Source: Octopus vulgaris (lineage: Eukaryota). Taken from it: a DNA stretch of 64,000 nucleotides. The stretch is from positions 156,736,001 through 156,800,000 of the forward strand of contig OX597815.1 of the NCBI GenBank assembly GCA_951406725.2, given 5' to 3'. The stretch's first letter is position 1. The number at the start of each line of letters is the position of its first letter. The position numbers and the translations under genes are program-made. This document shows positions 12,634 through 26,062 of this stretch, piece after piece. The notes below the pieces were generated by a model that saw only the letters and a program-made list of their open reading frames with translations, did not search any database and was not told the origin of the DNA.

Positions 12634-13054
12634 AAACTTTCTGACCGTTTCGTCTGCTAAGTTTCATACTAACAAGGCATTGGTTAATTTGAGGTTATGA
12701 TAAACAAGTATAAATAGCACTTGTATAAGAAACAATTATATGAGACACCGAAAGTGGGAGAGAAAGGGAACTTCGCACATATGCCTGTATACAAATAGAT
12801 AAATCGATGACTGAGTGAAATAAAAAGGAAGCAAAAATGATAAATACGAGTCTGCGGCTTTACTAACAAACTTTGCTTCGTTTACAATACTGTCAGATAT
12901 ATTATATAGGAAAACATAGATTAAACATGCCATACAGGATTTATTATGCAATATTGAATAGAGGACAAAACGCATAGTTTTCAAAATTTAGTGATGTATA
13001 TTTTGTATTGTTGTAGGGTTTATTATTCTGATTTTGTTCTAATCATCGTATATG

Positions 13055-13230
13055 TTTTACTTGTTTCATTCATTCGACTACAGCCATGCTGGAGCACTAC
13101 CTTGAAGTATTTAGTAGGACAATCCACCCTCAGTATTTATTTTAAAATCTGATGCTTATTTTGTCGTTCTCTCGACGAACTGCTAAGTTTTAGTGACGTC
13201 AAGAAACCAGCTTCAGCTGTCAGGCGATGA
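13055..13230 (-). mobile_element. 3' fragment of family-B SINE
   Basis: TTTTACTTGTTTC..CAGCCATGCTGGAGCAC..GAACTGCTAAG. Confidence 0.7.
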
Positions 13231-13729
13231 GAGAGAGTGTTTCGGAGGACCCACCACTCGAATTGTAATATAACCAAATTGATATTTGGTGTTTTTATCA
13301 GAAGCATACAATCTGATTCCAGTTCTTCGGCAGAATTTGCCGAACTATTCCTAAGCAATGAGGGTCCAAAACACTGATTTTGGTGTGGGTATCTAAATGG
13401 TCTGAGCAATATCTAAAATGGTGAACATGTGGTTTGACTCGTTCGCGCTATATGTACACATTATATACATCATATCATTGACTCCTGAGTGCACTCTACT
13501 CTATCTAGAGAGCGAAACGCCGGTCAACCCGTACATTCTGTGTAGTATTAATAAAAGTCAAGAATGACGTTAATCTTGGGTTTCAACCAAGTAAATAGGA
13601 GTCGCTTCTAGTGAACACTCAGACCTGATATTATGGACGAGTTTTAAAGTCCTAAGCCTGCGAGCGCTACAAGTTGCCTTTGCCTGTTTGGTATAAGCTT
13701 CACGTAACTGGCTATGTAGGAATAAGCGG

Positions 13730-14705
13730 TTAGAAAACCTGTCCGAGAGGTACAGAAGATATTCTATTCATTCGTCACGCTCTCGTTCGGAATTTCGTTC
13801 AGAATCCTACCTACTTTGTATTTCATCCTCCCAGAATCAATAAAATTGAATAGCAACCAAGTACTGGGATCGATGTAACTGAATAGCACCTGTAGTATAG
13901 AGATTAGAATTATCTTTATTGTAAGACTAAAGTGACAATATGTTAAATCGTTGAGCTAAATTCATTGCGTTCTTTGTGCTTTGAGTCCACACTGCATCGG
14001 AGTAGACTTTGCTTGGATGTCTCCTGTGTAGTGTAGATAAAATAAAATAGATTGATATGTTGACCTTTCCAATCCGACAAAATTCTTAACTTTTTGCCTA
14101 TGAAAATATTAATTTTATATTATAGTTCCAGATAGTAAAATCAGCACAGAACCCACCTAGATCACGTCAACTTACAGGCTGAGCTTTCTTGTTCAGATCC
14201 CACTAGGAATTACTTTACCTTTCAAACTTACTTGGAATCGAAAACATAAATACATCCGTCAGATATGAGGGCCCCTACCACCACTAACATTTATTTTTAT
14301 CCTTTTAGTCTTTGTTTCCGACTCTTTACTTTCCGTGGTAAATCAAACGTAATCGACTTTGCCATTCTGCCCTCCGTGCAAAAACAACATAAAGTACCAA
14401 TCAAGTATTGGGGTCGATTGTATCGACTCATCCCCTACGTTCAAAATTTCTGGTATTGTTCTAAAATTGCTGGTATTGCACTAAAAGTGCTGGTATCATA
14501 CTAAAATTGGAAAGAATCATTATCAAAGCAACAAGTTGATAGACTCGATAGATTGTCCGACAGAATGTTTTGCGGTATTTCTTCTGACTCTTTCAAATCC
14601 AGCATTCAAATCCCACAGAGGCCAACTTTGCTTTCGTCATTCTCAGGTCAATAAAATTGAGTATTAGTGGTAGTGGGGTTGATGGTATAACTGACACCTC
14701 CCTTC
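13730..14705 (+). mobile_element. Head-to-tail cluster of about 5-6 highly diverged family-A SINE copies
   Basis: Recurrent TTCA(A/G)ATCC...GACTTTGC...ATAAAA...AAGTA(C/T)TGGG.TCGAT modules near 13790, 13980, 14190, 14340 and 14605. Confidence 0.6.
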
Positions 14706-14706
14706 A

Positions 14707-15030
14707 AGCTGACTTGACAGACACCCATAAAATTATTAACCATCTTACTTACAATAACTCTGAGCACCTTTTCAAACTCCACCTGTCTAACACCCGTGGA
14801 CATGTTTACAAAGTCAGAAAACAGCATAGCTCCCATGACTTTCGGAAACATTTGTTCACGCTAAGAGTTGCTGAAGTATGGAACAAACTGCCGGCATCAG
14901 TTGTTAGTTGTCGGAGCACTGCATCCTTCAAAACTTCAATGCTTCCTGAGATTCGCCGACACTAAACCTGGTTTTCTCCCCTCCATACACACGTAAGCAT
15001 GTATCTGACTCATACACTGTTTACTTCCCA
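14707..15030 (+). mobile_element. 3' end of a CR1/L2-group LINE (ORF2 C-terminus and 3' UTR)
   Basis: THKII...NTRGHVYKVRK....RKHLFTLRVAEVWNKLPASVVSCRSTASFK matches the CR1-type C-terminal pattern TRGH-x-K...F-x2-RV-x3-WN-x-LP. Confidence 0.85.
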
Positions 15031-15718
15031 GATAAGTGTGTTTAAGCATGAAACGTTGTCTTAGTTGCTACTTCTAAATTTACCATAACAAAACTCATTA
15101 ACCCTATTGGCACTACTATTCCTAGCGAGGATTTTGAGCTGTAATTTGAATGAAAAAACATTGAACAACAGAAGACTAGTCACTTGCATTGAATATCTTG
15201 TTTCAAGCGACATAATATTAGAGTCATTTCTCAATAACGGCAAAATATCATTATTTTCAAGAATATAAAAACTGAATCGTGCTAAACTAAAGCTGTACTT
15301 TGTGATATAGCTTTACGTGACGACTGCAAGGCATTTAAAATAATCATCTGACTTGTTACTTGTTAGAAGCAGCAACCAAATTCTTTTAAACCGTAAACTA
15401 TTATTTAAACATATGGAAAGACACACTGATATATTTAGTCCAAGGTATACACAGGCAGAAAAATAAAAGACGAGATTGCCATGACTTTAATCATTCTAAA
15501 CAAAGATTGGCAATTTAGTACTGATCTGAGACCTAACTATGACAACAGCGGTAGCGTTGTTTCTGCTTTTCCCCAAGTCAGAAAGGAATGAAATAATTAA
15601 GACCAACAGTTTTACAAAACACCCTAAGAGAAAATCATAATTCAATGAAGAACATTTTTTTTTCTCTTTAATATTAGAATAAATCTTAGCATTACACAAC
15701 AAATCTTTACACTACATA

Positions 15719-16137
15719 GGCACCGACATAGCTGCGTGGTTAAGAAGTTCACTTCGCAACCACGGGTTTCGGGTTCAATCCAACCACGAGAAAGTGTCTT
15801 CTGCGGTAGCCTCGGACCAACCAATGCCTTGTCAGTGAATTTGGTGGACGCCGTGTGTATGTGTGTGTGTGTGCGTGTGTTCATGTGCGTGTGTGTTTGT
15901 GTGTTTGTGTGTGTGTGTGTGTGTGTGTTTTGTCGGTGATTGTCATACTCATGACAATTAATTCGACAACCAACGTTAGTTTTTTATGTCCATGCAATCT
16001 AGCGCGGTTCGGCAAAAGAGACCACTAGAATATGTCCCACACCTTAAATTAAAAATGTATCGGGGTTGATATCTTCGACCCCTTCAAGACCGTACCCAGC
16101 ATGGCCGTAATCCAATGACTGAAACAAGTAAAATATA
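15719..16137 (+). mobile_element. Family-B SINE with internal (TG)n
   Basis: GCTGCGTGGTTAAGAAG..GGGTTCAATCC..AAGTGTCTTCT..GCGGTTCGGCAAAAGAGACC..TGACTGAAACAAGTAAAA. Confidence 0.85.
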
Positions 16138-17055
16138 AACGATACACTAATGAAAATAGTAATCCCTCACGCTTCATTTAGTCATGGTTGTTCAAGTATC
16201 TCCGCTTGTCTTGCTCAAAACTGGGCAAGGTTATTGTGTTATTCTATGAAAAAGAATTCGTTGCAAATACAGACAATATTCAATCTCTATGCTGAAGAAA
16301 AGACAAGGGCTGATCTAGTTTGTTACAACCGAAACAAATACCGCTAGACGTAGTGAACAATGCCCTGACATCTTTGTGGATTCATTACTGGATATGTACC
16401 GCGAATCTCTGAAGGGCAAACTAACCGCGATTGGATTTGAATCGAGAACACAAAGAACCGGAATAATTTTCGTAAAGCTTTTCTCAGATGCTTGACAATT
16501 CTGGAAAGCGGCTGTAGAGCTCCTTGGTGATTATATATTTTGTGAAGCAAGTCAGTTGAATGTTTTCTGTCTAAATGAACAGCAGCAATGTTTAACAAGA
16601 ACAACAAAGGCAGCAAAAAAAATAATAAGTTGCAACAAACTAACTGAAATAATAATTAAAATTAATATTGACATTTTGCATTGCATCATTTTGCTGTTGT
16701 TGTTGATGTTTTGTTTTCGCTTAAGATAACCAACTGTGCCTATAACCATTGTAAACCCTCCCACACACATGGAAATGGTATTACTCTATGTTATTATTGG
16801 CAGGAAACACAAGACGGGTGTGACCATAGTTTCAGCAGAGTAAAGATTGAGTGATGTTGTTTTGCTGTGTCTGGGAGTCGAAACAGAGTTAAAGGTGTCA
16901 GAAGAGGATAGACTACAGGTAAGTGTGTGTGTTAGAGAGGACATGTGTAGATAGCTGGGTCCGAAACGCGAATGATGTTTTAGTAGTGATGCAAAAGGCA
17001 GTGAAATGCTTACACATATTAACTAATGGTTCGTGTGTTGTTGAGTGAATAATTG

Positions 17056-17733
17056 TAAATCAGCTAAACCAAAGTTCTTTGGACGCAACAGTAATCAACT
17101 GTAGGGAGAATATAAACGCTCGCGAATTATAGTAGTAGTAGCAAATAATGGAATCTCCGGATGTTTTCGGTTTGAACGGCAGTTTTTAACATAATTTCTA
17201 GGTAACTGAAAAATTTTAAACTTCGTATACTAGTAGAATGTGTTTATAAAACATCTTTTTCTCTTGGCTTTATTGAGAAAATTCTATAGTTTGTAACATA
17301 TTTGGTCTTTAATTTCTTGCATTTCGGCAATTTCAACCAATCAATGACCGTCTATTGAGTTTAGGGGTGGGGGAATGGTATCTTTTTTTCCTCACAAATA
17401 TAAATAAACCCAATCTGTTTCTTAAACGAGGGACATATTCATACAGCACAGAATGATTTTTACCTCAATAGATGTCAATGATTGGTTGAAATTGAAGAAA
17501 TTGAAGAAAAAAACAACAACAAATATCTTACAAACTATAGAATTTTCTCAATAAATCCAAGAGAAAATGATGTTTTATAAACACATTCTACCAGTATACG
17601 AAGTTTAAAATTTTTTAGTTACCTAGAAATTAAATCAGCTAAACCAAAGTTCTTTGGACGCAACAATAATCAATTGTAGGGAGGATATAAACGCTAACGA
17701 ATTATAGTAGTAGTAGCAAATAATGGAATGTCC
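17056..17733. repeat. 103-bp direct duplication flanking the MITE (17056-17158 and 17631-17733)
   Basis: TAAATCAGCTAAACCAAAG...GCAAATAATGGAAT repeats at an offset of 575 with about 6 substitutions. Confidence 0.92.
17159..17631. mobile_element. Foldback/MITE-like element with ~168-bp inverted repeats
   Basis: 17193-17359 is a near reverse complement of 17464-17631. There is no ORF. Confidence 0.85.
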
Positions 17734-18339
17734 CTTTACTTGACATCTAACTAAACTGAAAAAGGAGAACAATGAAAATGCCTTCATCGCATTCCTCTAG
17801 TCTCTCTGCTAAAAGTCAAGTATGATCCATAACAGCTGTTCTTAGTTTGATCAAGAGTGACTAAAATTAATTGCATACTTCCATAATTATTTAACAGTAT
17901 CATTAAATATAGTATTTGAATCGAGCATAAAAAAAGTACATTGATTTACTAAATTAATTACTTTTAGCGCCATATGTTATCTCTCGTAATTTATTACTAG
18001 ACTCTAATTTCTAACCAATAACTGTGAAACTCAATATTTTTTTTAATTAACAGTAAACTTGTAAACAGGAAGCAACGTGACTGGTTACCATACAGCGAAG
18101 CTCGAAGCAAAATTTAAAAAGAAAAAAATCTTCTGAAATAAGAATTACTCCGTTTTCAGCGCGTTTTTAATAACAATTTTGGGTTTTAACGTAATATTAA
18201 CATCAAGGCAAAATGAAGTCTTGAAATTAATAATTAATGATATCAACTATTACTAGTGATATAATGAGAGTCTATTTAATTAACCATATGCCTCTCCTAC
18301 ATGTGTGTATGAATATGCTAATGTAACAATATTCTTTTT

Positions 18340-18690
18340 TCTAACTTAATCACGAGGCCAAAACAATGTGGTTTTAAGGGCTTACATAGGCGACAGTACT
18401 TGACTGGTACCTTATTTTGTCGAATCCGAATGATGGAAAACAAAGTTGACCCCAGCGAGATTTACACTTTGAACGTAAAGAGCTAGAACAAATACCACAG
18501 GCATTTTTCTGGCTCCCTAATAATTGTGCCAATCAATATAATCATTTCTAACATAGGTAGGCACAAGGACAGAACTTTATGGGGAGAAATTAATTGACCA
18601 GACACTAGTACTTGACTAATGTAGCCTGATTTAAATTTAAAACGTAAGGAGTTAGAATAAATATGTTCCAACAATTCTTCTACTTGAACG
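18340..18690 (-). mobile_element. Two diverged family-A SINE remnants
   Basis: ACTGGTACCTTATTTTGTCG..CAAAGTTGACC..GAACGTAAAG, the reverse of the family-A core. Confidence 0.6.
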
Positions 18691-18701
18691 CTTGAACAGT
18701 A

Positions 18702-18753
<52 letters not shown>

Positions 18754-18756
<3 letters not shown>

Positions 18757-19210
18757 TAGTTTTATTTTTATAGCGTGCTTTCACTTCACTACCGAGCGCA
18801 GCTCTGTGTGCCTTGGGTATGTGCTGTGATTTGTTGTGATGCTCTGATGGTTATTGTATGGAAAGTGTTCTGCGTAGGATGTGTGCAGTGCCTAGTAGTG
18901 CAATTTTCTGGATGTTATATGTGTTTGTAAGTCCTGGTGTTTTTGTTATGTATTTGTCTGAATATTTTTTTATCATGCCTAATGCACCTACTATGATAGG
19001 AATTGTTTCTGTTTTCAGGTTCCACATTCTAGTTACCTCTATTTCCAGGTCTTTGTATTTTGAGAGTTTCTCCATTTCTTTTAGAGACACGTTGTCATCT
19101 GCCGGTATTGATACATCAATTAGAAAGCATTTTTTTCTTCATGATCTCTGACAACTATATCTGGTCTGTTGGCCTTAATTTCTCTATCTGTGTGTATCGG
19201 CATATCCCAG

Positions 19211-19212
<2 letters not shown>
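18754..19212 (-). mobile_element. 5'-truncated R4/Dong-like non-LTR retrotransposon (RLE endonuclease C-terminus and 3' UTR) inserted in (TAA)n
   Basis: Uninterrupted frame WDMPIHTDREIKANRPDIVVRDHEEKKCFLIDVSIPADDNVSLKEMEKLSKYKDL...PIIVGALG...IQKIALLGTAHILRRTLS (PD..D..K..KY RLE motif). (ATT)n on both flanks. Confidence 0.92.
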
Positions 19213-19271
<59 letters not shown>

Positions 19272-19272
<1 letters not shown>

Positions 19273-19431
19273 TGTACACACAAACGGATTAGACTATTGC
19301 AAAAGAAAAATTCCCAGCATCGGGATACATGTAACCTTAGATGCCAAGAACCCTCCTAAGTATCCTAGCTATCCCTAATAACACTATTTTCTGGAGCTGT
19401 ACTAGACTGGGTTTTATGCCTATTCCCTCCC

Positions 19432-19432
<1 letters not shown>
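19272..19432 (-). mobile_element. Very short 3' tip of a second RLE-type LINE in (TAA)n
   Basis: GIGIKPSLVQLQKIVLLGIARILRRVLGI*, flanked by (ATT)n. Confidence 0.75.
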
Positions 19433-19489
<57 letters not shown>

Positions 19490-19513
19490 CATTATTAATA
19501 TTATTATTATTAA

Positions 19514-19727
19514 GGCAGCGAACTGGCAGAATTGTTTGCACGCCGGGCAACATGGTTAGCGGCATTTTTTCCGTTCTTACGTTCCAAGTTCAAATTCCGC
19601 CGAGGTCGGCTTCGCCTTTTATTCTCAGGGTCGATAAATTAAGTACAAGTTGCATACTGGAGTCGATCTAATCGACTGGCCCCCTCCCCCAAAATTTCGG
19701 GCCTTGTACCTAGAATAGAAAAGAATA
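19514..19727 (+). mobile_element. Family-A SINE (alternative 3' tail)
   Basis: GGCAGCGAACTGGCAGAA..GTTCAAATTCCGCCGAGGTC..GGGTCGATAAATTAAGTAC..CCCCCAAAATTTCGGGCCTTGTACCTAG. Confidence 0.88.
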
Positions 19728-20564
19728 TACTGAGATTTTGAATGAATATGTATAACAGATGCAATACATCCAAAAAACACACACACCGGCAACATTATTC
19801 CTACTGCCTCATCTGCAGCACTCTCATTTTCTGCTCCAGCCATGTAGTCTCATTACTTTACTTTTTGCACCTATAACAAGCCACAACTCTAAAATGTCCG
19901 TGCAGAATTCGAGACTCAATAATATTTTTTTTATCCATGCTATTTCCCACCCGACCACATATCACTTCTAGTCATTTCAGTGCTTACCATTCGCACCACA
20001 AAGATAACGATAAGCAAAGAGTCTACATTATTGCCAATCATTTTCAAAATACTTCTTGTATTACATCATTACAAGTATTATGGAACTAGCCCGTGGGAAA
20101 TTGTAAGACATGCTGGCTTGGCCTGCGCTTTGAAAACCATGCACACAAGATTTTGTGAGTCCTGTACCGACAGATGCAGGACATATTATTTAAAGAATCA
20201 GAGATATGTGCACTTCATCGTTTCTCGTTTTGGATAAAAGAAAACTCAGGCAATAAGGTGTTTTCTTCGCCACATAACTGTCACGTAGATGTTTGCTATG
20301 CTTGCTCGCTCATATTATAATCTGTGTGACTAACAATGTTAGCGGAAACTTGCAGAGTTATTTGCATGTTGTTCAAAACAAAAACATTTTCTCTCATTAC
20401 AATAGGCTTACTTTCTACGTTTGCTAAAATGAGCATTTTTACTTGTCAATATGACTTTGTCAGCTGCTAAAATATCAACTTTTCCTTGTACAGATAGTGG
20501 ATCTTGCTGCGAAGTTTTTCATCTATTGTCTTTACTTGCTCTGTATAGTTACAGAATAGTTATA

Positions 20565-20990
20565 GGCGTAGGAGTGGCTGTGTGGTAAGTAGCTTGCTCA
20601 CGAACCACATTGTTCCGGGTTCAGTCCCAGTGCGTGGCACCTTGGGCAACTGTCTTCTACTATATCATCGGGCCAACCAAAGCTTTGTGAGTGGATTTGG
20701 TAGGCGAAAACTGATAGAAGCCCGGCGTATATATGCTTATATATATATATATGTGTATGTGTGTGTATGTGTGTGTGTGTATTTGTGTGTCTGTGTCCCT
20801 CCAACATCGCTTGACAAACGATGCTGGTGTGTTTACGTTCCCGTAACTTAGCGGTTCAGCAAAAGAACCGATAGAATAAGTACTAGGCTTACAAAGAATA
20901 AGTCCTGGGGTCGATTTGCTCGACTAAAAGCGGTGCTCCAGCATGGCCACAGTCAAATGACTGAAACAAATAAAAGAGTAAAAGAGTAAA
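20565..20990 (+). mobile_element. Full-length family-B tRNA-derived SINE (CORE-like segment)
   Basis: tRNA-like head (TGGCTGTGTGG; GGTTCAGTCCC), GGCACCTTGGGCAA CORE-like motif, internal (TA)/(TG) tract, (TAAAAGAG)n tail, and TSD AATAGTTA(T/C)A. Confidence 0.92.
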
Positions 20991-21752
20991 AATAGTTACA
21001 TTAATTTTAACATTTTTTTCAAGTTGTAGTCTTTCTCTTATGAAAAAACCATCTTGAGTTGGATACAAGCAGAATAACAAAATTATGTAAAAAAAATCAC
21101 ACTTGACAGATATCACCTTCTCTACGAAACAGACATCTTGCTCATTCTACGAGATTTTTTAAATTAAAACTTGTCCAAAGAGATTTTAATTTTCAATAAT
21201 CTAATTAAAAATTGCAGCATGGGGGATAACATGTGCTGACAAAATAAAACAGATGATCACTCTTAATATTCTAACTATAGAAAACAGAGATTTCTTTATA
21301 AAATTTGCAACAGAACTACTTAAAGTAATGATACTTACACGTATTTCTTAAAATACTTTCGATAATAATATTATTATATTTTTGTATTATTTTCAATAGC
21401 TTTTCTTGTAACAATAAAATGTGTATTATACCAGAAAGAAACATAATTAGGAGAAAGTTATTTTTTACTCTTCAATTTTCGATACTATTAAACAAAACGT
21501 GGGAAGTCTTTAGATAAGAAATCTGTCCATGATTTTATGAAGCATTTTCAATGAATGCACTTTTCTCCATAATTAGAATATCTAATGCTGATTTATAATA
21601 CAAAGAATAATAATTTTTAAAAAATACAAATACAAAATAACAGAAAAACTGCTACACAGGTGCAAAACTGCCATCAGTTTCGTCACTGTACGATATCGAG
21701 TGACTACAATTCCAGTTGCAAAATAAAAAAAAAAACGTCTGTGCTGTAGATA

Positions 21753-22017
21753 AAAAATAAATAAACAAATGCTCCCTTTTAAAGCCTAGCCAGCCTCATG
21801 GGATCTGTTTCACGGTTTCACTGGCGTATGCGTTCCCCAGCTGGACAGAGCACCAGTCCATCGCAGCGTTACTCATTTTTGCCAGCTGAGTGAACTGGAG
21901 AAACGTGAAATGAAGTGTTTTTCTTCAGAACACAACGCGTCGCCCGGTCCAGGAATCGAAACCACAATCTTACGACCATGATGCTGACACCCTAACCACT
22001 AAGCCTCGCGCCTCCAC
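21753..22017 (-). mobile_element. Family-C tRNA-derived SINE
   Basis: Minus strand GGAGGCGCGAGGCTTAGTGGTTAGGG..GGTTTCGATTCC..GCGATGGACTGG. Imperfect TSD CTGTGCT..GATA. Confidence 0.85.
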
Positions 22018-23029
22018 CTGTGCTCTCGATAGTCGCAATTTAGTTGATTATAGACAGTTAGTATGGTTTACTGTGACAGTCTCTCAACTAAATGTCCCAC
22101 AAAATTTTCCTTTGCCTTTCTCATATCAGAAGATTGTTTCCGTATGCCATTCTTCGTTCAGTCAATCAATTAGATTCTGTTCTTAGAACCATTCATTTAT
22201 TGAAGTTCAAAAGGAAAATTAGGGAAGATACGTGATTTTGCAGTTACAGTGTTTCACTCATGATCGGAAGATAGTGCTTTTGAAGCGTGAACCAGGTAGT
22301 GCTTTGATGGACTGGCGTGTCCCTTTCGTGCTGAATGTTATTATCTCGGACATATAAATGGCATGGAAACCGGATAACCAGCTCTATGAGTTCTGGCAGT
22401 CGAGACGGTAATGTTTAAAAGTTGTTTATAATGATGATAATGCGGATGATGATGATGATGATGATCTAAGAAAATGAGCCGCCCCTCATGTGTCTCACTT
22501 TAGGTTTCGGCATGCTTTTGCTTTTTCATATTTATTTTTTCTGTTACTAATGCTTGTCACACCCCTGCTTGTCTTTTATATTCTACTCAAAACAAAGGAG
22601 CAATAAAACTGATTTTTGACGATGAAGAAACTTTTGGCATTCTACACCAAATCTTTTGTTTTGTTATCATCATCACCAGCCGGCGATAAAGTGAAAACAG
22701 TCCCTGTAACTACTGTTGATGTTACTACTCACTCCACTACAGATGGTTACCCCATCATTTCCCATCTTTTCCCACCTTTCCAATTTCTCCAGGATAGAAA
22801 GCAAGAATTAATTCCTACTTACACACGCTCATCAATTTCGGCCTTCACTTCACCCGATAGATTTCTCGTTCACCCTAACATCTCTGTGATTGCCGACGGT
22901 CCTCAACAACTCCATTTCCCTGTAAAATCTGTCGACTATGTGTCATTGTGCCTTATGTCTGCACTAACAACTACAGGCTAAGGCAGAAGAGAGGACATAA
23001 TTTGTTGAAATGACTCTTACTGAGCCCCA

Positions 23030-24197
23030 ATGGGAGATACATACTACCGACAGGTACCATTCGGTTCGTGGTGTCTTAGCATTTTTCTTTCTTTTCCGAT
23101 GAAGCCATGGCGCCGCGGACGACAGAGCATCGCGTGTTTGCCTACGATAGTTACGTGAAGAATAAGGAGTCTGTCACAGCAGTGCAGCGAGCGTTTCGGC
23201 GCCACTTCAACATTCGTCAAAATCAGGCTGTTCCCACCCGTAACACAATCTTACGTTGGGTGAATGCACTTCGTACACGAGGTACAATAATGAATAGGAG
23301 ATTGGTGGGGGCGCCACGAATGATAAGGACACCGGAAAATGATGAACGCGTCAGACAAGCTTTGATTACGGAGTCCGAATAGCTCTGCTCGGAGGCATTC
23401 CACTGAACTTGGCAGCATTTTTTTGCATGAAAACCTGCATTTCTACCCGTCATTGGGCAATACGACTATGCACAGCGGCTTAACTTCGCACGTCAGATGG
23501 AAGCAATTTTTGAGGCAAATTCTAACTTCATTTTGTTAATGAGTGATGAAGCACCTTTTCATGTCATTGACATGGTGAATCAACAGAACTGTAATATTGG
23601 GCTCTTGAAAATCTGAGAGAACTACACAAAAGACCACTGCAGCCCAAAAGTGACGGTCTGATGTGCTGTTTGAAAAGCTGCTGTCATTGGTCCTTACTGA
23701 ATTATGAGAAAAACGTATACCTATTCGACGTTTGTGGTTTTAGCAGGATGGGCGACGGCCCACAGAGCCAAAGCATCAATGGACGTTCTTCACTCTCTCT
23801 TCGGTGACCGCCTCATTTCTAGCTTTGCTGACTTTACTTGGCCCCCCTCGATCCCCTGATTTGTTCATATGATTATTTCTTGTGGGGAAACCTCAAAGCA
23901 CATGTTTGCGCATAAGACCCGTACATTGGACGATTTGAAGGAAGCTATTCACGTGAAATACACCACAATCTACAAGGCAATGCTGGGGAGAGTGGAGGCC
24001 AACTTTCAAGAATGTCTTCAGAAATGTTTCAATGAAGACGGACACCATATGATGGATGCGAATTTTCAAACTTGAGGTTGACAAATGCTAATTCAATAGA
24101 AACTTACTGATGTCAATAAAATTTGTTTGCAACTAAAATTAATGATTTTGTGAAGTTTTCAAAATCGTCTATCCTCCATGACCCACCCACCCCTGTA
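23030..24197 (+). mobile_element. Degenerate Tc1/mariner transposon of DD41D (rosa/Visitor) type, left end missing
   Basis: HTH EHRVFAYDSY..VQRAFRRHFN..VPTRNTILRWV..RTPEN; MSDEAPFH; WF*QDGATAH...WPPRSPDL..DYFLWG with about 41 residues between the last two Asp. The right end is CCCTG-TA. Confidence 0.88.
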
Positions 24198-25139
24198 CCA
24201 GCAACATTCTTCAAAGGCTAAGACGTGTCAAGTAACGCGTGAACAAGCTCAACGATATCTTTAGACGTGACCACTGGTTGTATCTATCCACGATAAGGTA
24301 GCACCAGTTGGTGGGCAAGTATGATACTCATTAATTCCGCCCGTCTTCTCATCTCATCCTTGAACTTAATTACCAAGCACAATTTCACACGATCCACATT
24401 GGAAGGCATATCGTGATATACACGGGTCTAGAATTCTTCCAACTGTTTCTTTGATAGAATATGAAAGCTTCCATCACCGGTTTTTGGAGCAAAAAAGTCA
24501 AAGTTAAATAGCTTTCCTCCGAGGCATAGCCTCTTGTAACCTATCTTTCTTATGTCTTTTCTTATTTTTCTCTAGCCGAACTATGTCAGGAAGTTCATAT
24601 TGGTTCAGTAACAAAGAAGCTTCTATTGTTACTGTGGCTATTAAAGTCATTATAGCTATCGTTTGGTTTTTTTCACTTGTCTGTGTCAAAATGGCTGACT
24701 GCTTTTTTAATTCTAATTTTTTTTCTGCATATTTTTGCTTGTATATCTTTTTCTCTTTTGTGTATCAATGGTTTTAAAACCGTTATATGCTTTCAAAGCA
24801 CTTTTTTTCGAAATTCTTTGTGGTTTGCCGTCGCTATCACGTCTGAAATCAGTATCTCTTGACTTTACATTAGAAGAATCCATATTAAATCATTAAAAAC
24901 ATGAATGCTTAAAAATTATTTATATTATTATTATTCAATGAGAAATTTTATTGCAATACCACAAAATAGTATGGTAGACAACCTTCTGATGTCCTTTGCT
25001 AAAGGACATTTTAAAATCTGAGTTCTTTTCCATCAACTTAAAAGCGGTATCTGAATATTCTGCTGTACTTCATTATATACTTCATTAAAACAGGATTATA
25101 GTTTCAAAATTTAGAACAACTATTTCGATTGGACGACGC

Positions 25140-25529
25140 ATTTCGGCGCCATCGACCCTAAAACTAAATTGATAATTCATTTCATGGATCTGGAAATGAG
25201 GAAAAGCAAAGATGCCTCCGGCATGAATTCAACTCAGAGCCTAAAAGTCGAAAGAAATGCTGTAATTTATTTTGTCCGACACACTAACGTTTCTGCCAGT
25301 TCGCCACCTTAAATTTTTTCATATTTTGGCACGAAGGTCAGCAATTTTGAGGGAAGGAATAATTCGATAGTATAGAACCCAGTGCTTGACTGCTATTTAA
25401 GTTTATCGATCCTGAAACGACGAAATACGATGAGGACCTCAGCGGGATATGATGTAAAAACGTAAAGTGACGGAAGAAATACTGCTTAGCATTTTGTTCG
25501 ATGCTTTAATGACTGCTATTCCATTGCCC

Positions 25530-25530
<1 letters not shown>
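25140..25530 (-). mobile_element. Two tandem diverged family-A SINEs
   Basis: ATCGACCC..GAATTCAACTCAGA..CTGCCAGTTCGCCACC, followed by a second similar unit. Confidence 0.65.
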
Positions 25531-25581
<51 letters not shown>

Positions 25582-25583
<2 letters not shown>

Positions 25584-26062
25584 TGGTACGACCATAAACC
25601 CGAAGGCATCATCGAAAATGATAATGCAAAGATCCTGTGGGATTTTATGATTCAGTACGACCATGAGATAAATAATAGGAAGCCAGACATAGTCTTAATT
25701 GAGGAATAAAGCAAACTATGCTGGATCATAGGTATAGCATGCCCAGCTGACAAAAAGGTACGCGATAGAGAAGAAGGAAAAGTCGATAGATATGATGGAT
25801 TAACTTGGGAGGTTAAGCATTTGTAGTCGATGAAAAAGGTGATAGTAGTACCAATAATTGTCAGAACACTGGGAAAAGTGAGTAAAAATATTGAGAAGTA
25901 CATGGAACAATAAGGCTGGAGCACTTACAGAAAGCAGCACTTCTTGGAACCGCTCGAATACTCCCGAAGGTGCACAAAAAATAAGGGGTGTTACCTTAGT
26001 TCACTGATAGTGAACAGCTGACACCGAAGTACATCTCCAGCGTTAGAAGCTGCGCAAAGGCA
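25582..26062 (+). mobile_element. 5'-truncated R4/Dong-like RLE LINE in (TAA)n
   Basis: WYDHKPEGIIENDNAKILWDFMIQYDHEINNRKPDIVL..IIGIACPAD..EGKVDRY..VVPIIV..LQKAALLGTARIL. (TAA)n on both sides. Confidence 0.9.

Noticed and set aside
16804-16924. Possible exon ending in CAG|GTAAGT
   Set aside because: All three frames from the nearest plausible acceptor contain stops, and there is no other support.
22616-22981. 121-aa non-repetitive ORF
   Set aside because: It has a non-ATG start, no recognisable motif and no splice context.
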